Part shown: piece after piece, positions 13,346 to 25,800 of the stretch
How positions within the stretch are numbered: position 1 is the stretch's first letter
Layout: the number at the start of each line of letters is the position of its first letter
Assembly (NCBI GenBank): GCA_965637545.1
Contig: OZ281500.1
Coordinates: 3,348,001 to 3,412,000, forward strand
Direction of reading: 5' to 3'
DNA: 64,000 bases
Origin: Phallusia mammillata
Taxonomy: Eukaryota
Notes under the pieces: model-generated
What the model was told of the DNA's origin: nothing
Seen by the model: the letters and a program-made list of their open reading frames with translations, nothing else
Database searches by the model: none
Position numbers and translations under genes: made by a program

Positions 13346-15064
13346 TCAATGGCTGTCCATAATACTGTGAAGTTCAGCACTAACCAACATGTAACTAAAC
13401 CGAACTCTCATCAGGTAACAGTTAAGTAGACTTTGTGTTATTAGTGCTATATTCATCAAACCAAATGATGCCATTTAAAAAACCCACACTTCCTTAGTCG
13501 AGTTTTTTTAGGCAACTGTTGCAACGTCACCAAACTCCCCCATACAAACAAAACTAAAATATTATAAATGGATGGACAATACAAATAAAACAACAATCAG
13601 CGTTTTGGTCTACACTACATGGTTGTAGCGCTATTCCAGTGGGGTAAGAATAGGGGTTGGGGTTTCGGCGCTGTAAGGGTGTGAGGGTAAGTCCTATTTC
13701 GTTCACATAGTTTACCAAAAAAGTACCAAGTGGTAAGAGTTTAACACATAGCGACACTAATTATGACGTAATGCATTTTCGCATCGGTTGTACTAAAACC
13801 AACTGTTTAAGTAACCAACCGGCTTTCAAAAGGAAGTGAATGACTTTATTGTATTAGATATCAGGTAGTGTAGGTCCGTCAAATACATTTTTGTAATTTC
13901 GCTTAAACTCAAAACCGAAATTTGAAAGACAATAAACTTAACTAACAAATATAAAAAAGCTATAATGCAATTTGACCCTCAATATATTATACTACATTTC
14001 TAGAAAATGTCGTTTATTCTATCACAGTCAACAATAGAAAGGCGTCGCGCACATTAATGAAGGCATTGATACTTTTACTACCTGTGGATTAAAGCCGGTG
14101 TACATAACCCTACATGTTGTAGCAGAAATACTTTAACGCTTAACTCAAGCTTTAGTTTTTCCAAGATATGTATCAAGACTAAATACTCTCTCGGGACCGA
14201 ATGAAATGACGTCGCTGGTCGAAATTGGCCCGCGTGACGTATTTGCTTGGACATAGGCATCGCATTTCAGGCCTGTTTAAACCTTCGAAACGGACATGAT
14301 GCGTTTCTCGAAATGGTTGTTGGTAGTAATAGCAATTAGAGATTACTCTCGTGAATGCCAAAAAATCACTGTTTAAGATTAAACTTGCAAAACATTGCTT
14401 TGGAAATCAAGAATGTTCATTTTTAAAACGACAAAAAGGACAAGATTTAAAATTTACAAAAGGGATATAATAACACGTGCAAGATTATACAGGGCGTCAT
14501 GAAACTGGCGAATTTGATCTTAAACGGCTCAAAGCGATAAACGTAAGTATCTTTGGCAAAGCTTAAATACGATTTAATGAAAGAAGTAATTTACCTACCT
14601 TTTTTATTTAATCGTACCTTGTTAGTACAGGAAACGACAAAACATATACTCGTTTCAAGATAACCTTTCCAGCGACTTGACGGATCTGAAAATTCACAAA
14701 GAAGTAAAAGAATGCCCTCGGTATGCCACACAGAATGAATTTTGACTTACCTGCTGTTTTGTTGGAAAACGATTAGTGAAAGCTAAACTTACATAATTAA
14801 GATACACCCTACTAATTTCTTCCGGCTATATGTTTATTCAGTTTTCTTTTTCATTAACACAAAGTGACAACATAGAAATTATACTACCAACGCTGTATAC
14901 ATAAGCATATCATATGTATATATTCATACATATTAACAAAAAAACAAGTTAACTTAATTATTCTTCAATTTTTTTTTACCAGGCAATACAGTTGTTTTTT
15001 TGTTGTAATAAAACTCTATGTCTGACAAACTGTGTTTTAAAATAAAAGTTTAATTTAAAAAACG

Positions 15065-16130
15065 TCATTCCTCTGTGCCGATGAAGGTTTGCATAAGAGT
15101 GTAGCGAGCCCCATACTGATACTGTAGCAATAAAAAAATGCCTATTGTTTATAATACACCACCTAACGGGAAAAAAACACACAAAGTCTTACCACTGTGA
15201 GGTGCATTTTAGGAAGACAGTCAGTAATATCTTTTACCGCTCTAAAACGTCGATCATTTTTTCAGCTTTATAGTGTTTTATAAGATTCCAGGCAGCACAG
15301 AGTTAGAAAACCCGCTTCTAAGTACATAAAACACGCCAATCAGGTTACGAGAAGAACCTTTAGTTGATCCAAAACTATAGGCATTTACCTACTAAGGACT
15401 ACCAAACTACCGGTAGCTTTTGTGTAGCGATTGCAACGGGTAGAAACGTGCAGCGTGTTGTATTGCTGCACGATTGATCGGTTCGTCAACAAAACTCACG
15501 ATTAAGTTGGAGATAATCTAGAACAGAGGTTTATAACCATTTTTACACGTTTTCAAATTTTGTGTTTGTCTTCTTTACACACTTAATCGCATAACCTACC
15601 TAAGAATACCTGCCTTATCAAGTTAACCTACAAGCATATCACATTTAGCCCTTGGCGGTGCATTTAACCCTCTTTACAACAAAACACATGAAGGCTTGAA
15701 AATTGTCTATGTCTGCATCCCCTCACAAGGTTAAACATATTTTTTTAAGTTTTTTGTAGCCTGCAAAATGCATTTACCGGTAACTTTATACAAAAGTCTG
15801 CTTCCTTTCGCAACTGCGTAGGACTTCAGGGTATTACGAGTGCCAATTTCTACACAAACATACTTGCTAGGTAAAGAGTAAAAATTCCAAGACATATTTT
15901 GTATCCAACTTACTATTAAGTGGACTTGAAACCTTATCGATGCAAGTTTTGAAGTAATTGCAAAGCCATTATTTCAATCGCCCGTGTTTCATCATCGTAT
16001 GCCCATCGTCTGTTTCCTGCAACATAGTACGTAGGCGACAAGGAAACAAAAACATCTAAACATTGCATGCAGATACTTACCTCCGAAAAGCCACGTTCAA
16101 AATGTACGCAAATAAATACGCGCAACATAA
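15065..16130 (-). pseudogene. R1: decayed 3' remnant (D2 exons and terminal exon) of a further RPTP paralog
   Basis: Terminal exon 15065-15121 YQYGARYTLMQTFIGTEE*. Penultimate exon 15193-15317 LCAAWNLIKHYKAEKMIDV-RAVKDITDCLP is 125 nt vs 136 in paralogs and frameshifted. Upstream VVLSR| donor; further exon-like blocks to ~16.1 kb. No D1 or ectodomain exons before gene B's stop. Confidence 0.8.
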
Positions 16131-16841
16131 ACGACCACAAAGTGCAAATAATTAATAAAGACTTCTCAAAACATAAGATTTCATAAATAATAAAGTTTAT
16201 GTGCATTCCACAAACGACTGCAAAGCAATTGTTACACTTAAACTTCGCCGAACATAAAGACTGATTTCCTAACATAATACAGTTTATTGCACAACATGGA
16301 TTGTTAAGGAACAAAAAAAATAGAAATTTCACAACCAAGTATATTTAAAAAACGCCAGTAAATGAAACGACCTACGCAATTAGAAACACGAAACGGTTTT
16401 ATACAACATGAAAAGGCACAAGTACAAATATAGTCACAATAATATATCAAGCAGTTTTCAATCGTTTTTGAATGCGGCGTATTAAGTTTTCAGACGCATA
16501 TTTCCTGTTTATGACATTTAATACTATTTTTGGTTTTTATGTTTGATTCAATAGTAGGAAAGAACGCATAGTTGGAAAATGATATGGTACAAATTAGGCG
16601 TTGCAAAAAGGTTAATGAAAACGAAGAAAATAAATGTGGTAATTTCACTGCTACTGGAAACAGTGCTTACAATCACGACTTTTCGCCAAATTGTTTTACT
16701 GTTATTTAAAACCACAGTTATAATGCGGCACTGTTACAAATCCCAAACGGCGCGTAAGGACGGCGCGTAAGGACGGCGCGACGCACGAATTTACAAAACA
16801 CTGAATCAGACTATAACTCGTAAAACGTTTAACTGATAGCT

Positions 16842-19800
16842 CTATTCTTTTTCAAATTCGATGTATGCTTTGACGAAGGAGTAACAAGCCTTGTATTGCC
16901 GCTAAAAATAAAAATCAGTTAAAAATGTTTATTAATCCATGTGTGGCATCCTATAAACAAAGAACTTAACAACAAAGACAAAAATGTTATCAACAACAGT
17001 ACGAGACATCTCTTCAACAAAAATCTTACCACTGTAAGGTGTATATCGAAAAAAGAATCAGTGATATCCTTTACTGTTCTAAAGACATCAACCATTTTCT
17101 CAGCTTTGTACCGAGATATCAGATTCCAAACAGCACAGAAGACAATGGACCTCCAATATCCAGTTCTAAGTACAACAAAGATTTTGAAACACATTTAAAT
17201 GCGACATACAATGGATGTCCATTACCTAGAAAGAACAGCCATGCTATACACAAGCGAATTCATCTGAAGTGACTCGAGTAGTGAAATAAATTCAATAAAC
17301 TGATTGATGTTGTCAGGAATATCATTGTCAGTCCAAGCATCAAATTCCAGCAAGGCAATGTAAGTCTATCCCAAAATACACAGGTTTATATCCATCTTTT
17401 CTAGTTATGTTTTTGAAAATAAATACTGTTACGTCGTTTTTATCAAATAAATTATAATGAACATAAAAATAAAATACTGGGATCAGTTCTGAAAGATCTG
17501 CACAGACCAGCGATCACGACACACTTATATTGCGTAAAGTGACAACCGTTGGTACCGGTCGTTACATTTCTATAAAGTTACGCTTTTATTTAACAAATGT
17601 GTCTTGAGTGTAGAGTAACAAACCTTTCGTTGTTGATTTGTGTCTTTAATAGATATCTTAGCCAATTGAAACTGCCCCTGAGTAGATCCTTCAATAAACT
17701 TCAATTTTATTCCACCTTGCACAATCTCCCGCTTTTTCTGGTTTGGCCAAACAAGGACTTTCTGCAAAACAATACACAAATGCATTTTTTCCCCAAAATA
17801 AAACCAACAAAAGCACAGACCATTGGTTTCTTCAGTATAACGACGAACTCCGTGTTTTCGTGCACTAACGTGCTCAAGAAGTTTTCCACTTCGCCAGCAG
17901 TCGGTTCTTCACTGATCATTATACGGTCAGATTGATTGTAAGCCTAAACGAAAAACATGTAACACAAAAGTAGAAAGCAAAGTAGGAAAACAGGCAAAGT
18001 AGTACAGTGCTTCCTTCTTGAATAATCATAATATACGACAAAGAAATAGAAACAGCATTAAACAAGAAAAAAAATAACAGATTGTTTGCGAAAACAAGCG
18101 CGTCTATCAACGCTAACTCGGCAAACTCGAACTGACTGAAACAGAGTCACCTTAGGGCTTAGGAGGTGGATAAATACCCGTGTATTTCATTCATTCATAA
18201 CCCTTTAAAGCCATTTATCAAAGTGCCCAATCAAATGCCAGTCGAAGTTGGAAGCATTTTATAAGCAACTCGAAACCCACCAACCTCGATCTTATAAACA
18301 GATTTTCGGTCATTTCCGACGTTCATGTATGCACTTTCCGCTTCTGGTGACTTGTCTAAATAAAAAAATTGCTGTTTATAAACGACTCGAGTTCCAAAAC
18401 GTATATGAGTTGTTACATGAGACAGATGTTGAGTTTTGAAACGTTACCAGAGAAGATGCTGACTCATCAAATAATATGCTTAGGTCATTGAATTCTTTTT
18501 GGATCTGGTTGGCATCTGGAAATCTGCAACAAACACTATTAGGTAAACAAAATTGCGATTCAAACAAATCACATTTCTACCTTTCAAGCTGGGTCAAATT
18601 CGTTTCCTTGAAGGTTGCTGTTTCAACAAGAAGTTTGTGTAGAAACACATATTGGTTCTGCAAAGATAAGTCGTAATCATGATTGATTGTGCAGTATTTG
18701 TTATCACCGATTTTTATGGGATTTACCAACTAAAGTACAAACGATCAATTTTCGCAACCTGCAGATTAAGCATATCAGCTATTGCTGCCAGGCATAATAT
18801 TAGGTTTATAGAGCTCTTCTGGCAAATGTAATGCAGATTAAACATATTAAGTAGATTTTAGCTGTTTTACAGCTACCGATCTACTTACCACATTTTGAAC
18901 CATATCCATTCTCTGATTACGCATATGAGAAACCGCCTTAAAAACATCAATCGAACCAGTTTCGTTTAATTCATCCGTCAAATAATCGAAACCTATGAAA
19001 GTTCCTGTTCGTCCAGCCCCAGCACTACTCAAAGAAAACAATCCTAAAGTCATGAAACGAAAATAACTGACCCTAGTTTGACGTTTACTCACCTGCAGTG
19101 AACTATAGTAGGAGTTTCTGTGCGCAAATCGCATTGTAGTTGTGTTTGAGTTTCTTGTACTTCCTTCATAAACCTAACAAGGCCTGTGGTGGTTTGTGGA
19201 ACTCCGTGGTCGGGCCAAGCTATGAAGTGATATTGTGTAACGATGTATTGCTCCTGAGATAAAAATAGTGCTGTAACAAGTACCAATGCACTTGCCATGT
19301 CAAAATGGGTAAAACTTCGCAAAACTCTGCTCTAGCGGAAACAAGTTATTAGGTTTAATGTTTTGGCTATGTGTGTAGGAAGAAAATGAAGCTTTCCACC
19401 CAGTCCTAGGAAACATACAATTGCTGACAGAATGTAATTTCCCTACAATTACAGAAAAATGGCTTTTTCGAGTTGACACATTTGAAAGCTTTTTTAACAC
19501 TAAACGCTTACTATTTCATAAGTACTGTTTGTTTCTTCAACGTTCATTCTTCTGATGACGTAAGAGCCCTTCTTGATGACGTCAATGACGGTGATATTTA
19601 CTCCCTCGTAGCTTTTGGTTTCATGGACGTCTTCAGGCCAATATCGGGCACATTTCGCCTAAAAAGTGGTGAATATACACAAAAACGTAATATTTGTAAC
19701 AACTTTGGAATAAAAAATGCATAACGGCTTGTTGAATATAACTGATAGAAGATTGAAGAACATTACCTTTCCCTTCTCCCATAGATTTGCCAGCATAACG

Positions 19801-22800
19801 ATAACTCGAACATTTTGTTCCAATACCATTGTCCAAAAATCACCCACTGTGCTGTCAAGGGGACCTTGGGTTGCGATCCACTTGTTTGGTCGATTGTAAC
19901 CCTGAAGAGAAAATTGTAACAACGGCAAAGGTGTTTACATTATGACATTAAATTTGAATGTACCAACCTCCACATATGAGGCATTAATGTAATGGTTTTG
20001 GTTTCCTTGTGCACCACGGAGAATTACTCGGTTGTTATCATCTGTCATTAAATACAACCGAAAGTTCAGACGTTTTAGTGCTGACCCATGTCAGCGGTTA
20101 TTAAAAAACTAGTAACATACACTTTGATTTTGGGGTGTACCTGGCCTGTTTGAGCCTTTTGCCTTTGGATGCTACAGTATCAGTTACGATAGGAAACTAA
20201 TATTAGTATGTAGGATTTGTAACAAGTAGGTTACTCAAGATGATGACTTACATGGTGTTATGTTCTTGTATCGGTTTTTCTTAGCATTCGTTGATGCTGT
20301 TGTGTTTTCATACACACTTGCATTGTTGATCGATTCATCCTTGATTGTCTGCAAACGTCAAATGATGACTAAGCATAAGATAATTGCTTACTAAGCACAT
20401 CGCAAAAGGGTTACAACAAACATCCACTAAATCTTTAAAATTCGGTACTAATTTTGGCTTCAAACAGGTCAAATAGAGTGAACAAGGTACACTATTCACG
20501 GTTTTGAATAATCTGAGCAAAAAATCGGAGCCAGTACATTTGTGTACTTGTCGAAACGTAGTTATGTTCTACACAAATGTACTGGCTCTGATTTTTTTTG
20601 CTCAGAGTGAACAAGAATCCGTAATCGTAAAAAACCTCAATATAGACAAATAGTGTGTGAAATAGTCAATTAAATTAGAACAAGTTATTTGCAGCACATA
20701 CTTAGTTAGGTGCATTAAAAAAGAAAATGACTTTTAGTGGGTGTTTCTGGTGAATCAACACAGTTCGTGGCCGCCCTGGGGACCCCTGGGCCCTAGCTGA
20801 GAACCCCTGACTTACGAAGTGTTTAACAGATTGCAACATGCAGTTGACTTTGTGCATAATTGCATATGGATATAATACGACACTTCACGTTAGTTTTAAA
20901 TAAAGCGGCACATAGTAGATTGCACACTTTACTGATGCCTGTACAGGAAGCGTTCATATGACTAAGTCAACTGCGTAACAGGAATAAGGGGACAAAGCGC
21001 AGCAACTTTACCACCGATAAGTTGCTACGCGAAGTACAATGTATTTCAGTGTTTAAACAAAATCAGTGTTTCAAAAAACGAGGCAAATTAACACTGTAGG
21101 TCTGTAGCTATATCATAGTGTCAAAGAACACACCTAAATACACCTCAATTAGGTTTATATAATAATGGTTTTGTCTGCGTTAAAACATTCCAACACAAGT
21201 GTTGTAAAACGCCATCGACAACATTATCATGAAACAAAAACAAAGAGTTGCCAGCATTAGATCAACCACAAAGTAAAAAGGTTGTTACTTTGTTTGACAT
21301 ATTACTCAGCCTTGCATTGAATCGCAAACCATATGGCAATGTAGATTACGCATTGGTGTGTTGCAACATAAATTGAATGAGTAATGATTATTTCCTGTTG
21401 TCTTAAAGCCGAATGTATTATGTCAGACAATAAGGAAGCAGTTTCACGTACTTTAAACTGTGATTTTAAAGTCTTGTGGTCGCTCTTTGAGCTATCGATG
21501 TAGAAGTCCACAAGATAAAACCTCAAAATCTTCGTGTTGCTTTCCGCAGATTCAACAAGAACGTCTATAATTTTCAATTAAGTGTTGGTAATACTAATTA
21601 CATATTAGTATTACGCAAAAATACATAAAACAAGCTAGTCTGCCTTTTAAGTTTTCTTTACGGATAAGGGAACATAACAAGTTTATCCATACAAAATTAG
21701 CATTCAATTCTCGGTCGTATATCACCATTTCTAGTTGTTTTTGTTTACTATTTTTAATGAAAATAGAGTTGCATAAAACGTTTTGCAACGTTTTAGTTAG
21801 AGATTTGTTTACCGTACAAGGACAGTAATGTCTTGAAAGCATAATCATGGAAAATCGGTTCAAACTCGTGTGACGAACCTGTGTTTGACAGTGGCATATG
21901 TTGTGAACTTTTACGTCGCATCACAGTGTCTCCTCTTGCAGCACCAGGTGATTTTCTATGTGAAATCCATCTTCTCACTTGCTCTCTTTAGCATAACAAA
22001 CTTATGTTTTAACACAGCTTTCATGAAATTGCATTAAACTAAGTCAAATGAAATTTCCTTACCTGTAAACGCCGCAAAGTATGAAGACAATTACAAGCAA
22101 AAGAAAAATCGATGATGGTGCGGCGATTGCAGCGAGAGGCAGGGCGTCAGGAGCTACAATAAAATAACTTTAAAAAAGTGCCTTGGCTTATACATAACCA
22201 TGAGTGTTTATTTTATGTAATATAACAAGCAAAGTATACTCATAAAACCTCATGCAAGATTTTTCTCATCAACTTTTGGCAAACATTTTTTGGCAACAAC
22301 ATTTGTTAAAACTATACAATACACTTCAAAAGGTAACTTACTCTCCGAGATTATGGAAGCTTTGCATTCTCCGCCAACTTTGAACACCGTATTGCGACAA
22401 TGCGTTGTGATTGGTTGAAACATGGCAAAAAGTTGCTGATTTAAACCAATTAGCTCGCTGTGCTTCGACGCGTTCGGAGACAATGTCACTTCGGTCCAAT
22501 TGCTTTGATCAGCAATATCCCCCATTTGCATTTTTAAGTAGCGAAGCTGCAAAATGTATGCAAATCTTGTAATATTTAACATGCACCAGCGCATTGAATA
22601 AAAACTGTATACATGGCAATAATATTCAATTGTAAACTGTAACAGAGATATGATTAAGGATTTTTAATGTCACTTTACGCTAGAGTTTTAATATACCTTG
22701 ATCCCACTAATCACACTTGATATATTTTCAGGGATAATAATTGCGAATTCACAAACTTGCGCCTTCAGTGACATTTGAGCGCTAACGTCACGAAAAATAC

Positions 22801-25800
22801 TTGACGTTACTGCAGAGGTTGCGGGTGAGTTGATTTTCCAAACTTCCGGAAACAATTGTATCTAAACAGAGCATTGTTGTGATATTGAATTTAACCGATC
22901 TATCATAACAAACACTCACGGATACATCATAGGAAACGTCTGAAGTCAAATTTCCGACTGTGCTTGTGTAGATGTGGTTGCTTGTTGCAGTTTGTGTGAC
23001 AAGTTTACTGACATTAACAGAGTGGTTGGATTTCACTGTTGTTACGATATGAGTTATGGATCCGTTGTTACCAGTCATGTCTTTCCATTCCACTGTGATT
23101 CGGTCGGGGTAGCAATTACTTGTACCCAGAACTTCAATTGCTGTTGAGAATATAATGACAATTATGAGTCACAAAATCAGTAGGGTGCAGAAACAAAACC
23201 GTTTTACGACTTACCTATACATACTTACTCATACATGTATTGGTAAAACATTTCAAAAGTTATGAAAGCAACAAGCCAAAAAAAATATTATGTCAAAACA
23301 GTGTGCACTGTCTGTAGCTTAAAACGAAAGTTATACCTGAAAACACGCATATGAACGTTTTTTTCATCGTGCATTCCTGTGTGTATACTGATTGTGTTAC
23401 TGTATTATAAGCAATACAATCATCTCCTCCATTAGTGCTTATTTTTCCTTTTAAAAAAACAACAACCCCTTGATTTTGGAAACGGGTAATTATTCAATAA
23501 CTTACCTTGCAGCCACGAAATATCAACACCAACTTTATTCAGGCAAAAGCTGCTGTTTAAAATGGACAAAGTGGGCAATACTCCACCAACGGATCCACAA
23601 TACTTCTTGGCACTGGGGAAGTCAAGTGTTGCATTGGGTTCAGTAAAATATGTTCCATTAGCAAAACGAAGATCTAAAAGCATTTAGAGGTATAGTTATA
23701 CAAAGTGGAAAGGAGTTCTGTCTATTTGAAGTACGGGGAACTTTGGGAAGTTACACAAATTACTTCTTCTTATGATTACCTGCATTCATTTTTATTGTTC
23801 TTTGTTTTGATAGTGCAAAATTTTCCGACCAACACCCAATTGACGAATTGGGACCAAATATAACTGAACTTGAAATGAGTAATTTGGATTGGACTTGATT
23901 GCCTTCTTTCATATTCGTGATCTGAGTTGGTGTATTCGATGTGTTTTCAATTTGTCGCTCATTAATCCTCCAATAAACAGTTGGAATGGGATCTCCGGTG
24001 AATGTACACGTAAACGTTTGTGATTGGCTGAAAATTGGCGACGTACCAACAGTGGCAACATATGGACCAACTGAAATACATTTTATGTTGGTTTAATCGA
24101 AATCATGTCTGCATTTTATCATTACCTTTCACATTTGCGTTAGCTGTAGATCCGGTTCCTACTGTGTTGCAAGTATATTCTCCACTGTCCTCGATTGTGG
24201 GCCGGTAAAAAGTTAACGATGAGGTTATTTGGAAATCGGTGACTTCGACAAGTCTTTGATACACCTTATTTGAAGTGTTGGTTGAAACATTGTAAGAACC
24301 TCTGCCAAATTCAATATTTTATGTAACAAGCAAACACATAAAAAGTAAAATCATACAAAAACAAGTGTAGTTTAGAAACAAATTACGTAGTATTCCGCTT
24401 TGTAGTGCTCTTACCTGGTCCAATAAACATGCAAAGCGGGATATCCTAAATAAGTGCAATTTATGCTAGTAATTTTGTCTTCTAAAACAGTTAACTCAGT
24501 TGTTGATAAGTATGTGTTCGGCTTCACTGCAAAACAATATGACACATAACTTCATAATTGTACCACAAAAGACAAACCAAAGTTCAAAATAAGGCAAATG
24601 AAAATCTATCATGTAAACAAATTACATCTAACCTGTTGCTGTAAAAATAGCCATTGCACCGCTTGTATCAACATTTGTAGCTTGACATTTGTATTTTCCA
24701 ATTTGTTCGATTGACGAAATATTGAAGAACAGCTTTGATATTGATTTGTATTCGCTAATATTGGTTTTATGTTGGTATATCGGGCCTAGGGGTGATGAAC
24801 TAACTGGACTTCCATTCCTGAACAAACATTACATTGGAAGTTTTGGATCAGTAAGTTATAAACTCACAATAATACCGTGTCCATTCTAACTTTGGTCGCG
24901 GAAACCCGTAAGATTCACAATCGATCACGAATTCATCAGGAATTGTTGCAACTTTGCTGGTTAACGAAATTGATATATTGGCGGGCACTGCGAAAAGTTA
25001 ACAGTAGCAAATGTATTGAAACTGGATTTTAAACTACAAAACCACGAACCTTGGATTTGCAACGTCTTTTTCCTAAATGTATTGCCAGCATCATTTGTCG
25101 CTTGACAAACGTAAAAACCAGATTCCATGATATTGTTAATGGTAAAATAAAGTCGAACAGTTTGAGAATAATTTCCTGTCGTGTGTAAAGCTTCATAAAT
25201 ACGAGATGCTGTTGTTGACCCAGTAATTTGGTGTTTGTTCCTGCATCAACATAACGCTCATTATGTTAATACGTGGCACAACTCTATATTTACAACACCT
25301 TAGCCACGTAACAGTCGGTTTGGGAAAGCCGTACGAAATACAATCCACTTCATAACGTTGTGTAAAATTCACAACCACTTTTGTTTGCGTAAGCGTTAGG
25401 TTTGGTGCCACTAAAAAGTTGCAAACAAATACCGTTACTGCACGTTATTAACACTTGATTGAAAATAAAATATAAAAAAATTACCTTTTACGTAAATCTC
25501 TTTTACTATCTCGGGTCCAGCTGAGTTACCTAACACTCGACATTCATATATTCCGCCCTCAGTAACGTCTTTAATGTTAAGATTTAACTCGTTTATTCTG
25601 AAGTAACTTCCTTGTAAAATGTATATTTGCCGTGTTATCCCATAGCTGGCCGAATTTGCGACCAATTGGTTTAATCTAAAACATTGGTTTACAAGATTAC
25701 AAATTGCAGATTTTGTTACGCATTAAATGTGTTTGAAACACCCACCTATACCAAAGAATTCTGGGGTTAGGGTTTCCATACGATGTGCAGTTAACGGTTT

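Noticed and set aside
16746-16785. Three 13-bp ggacggcgcgtaa-type repeats downstream of B's stop
   Set aside because: Copy number differs in D; most simply slippage, with no evidence of function.
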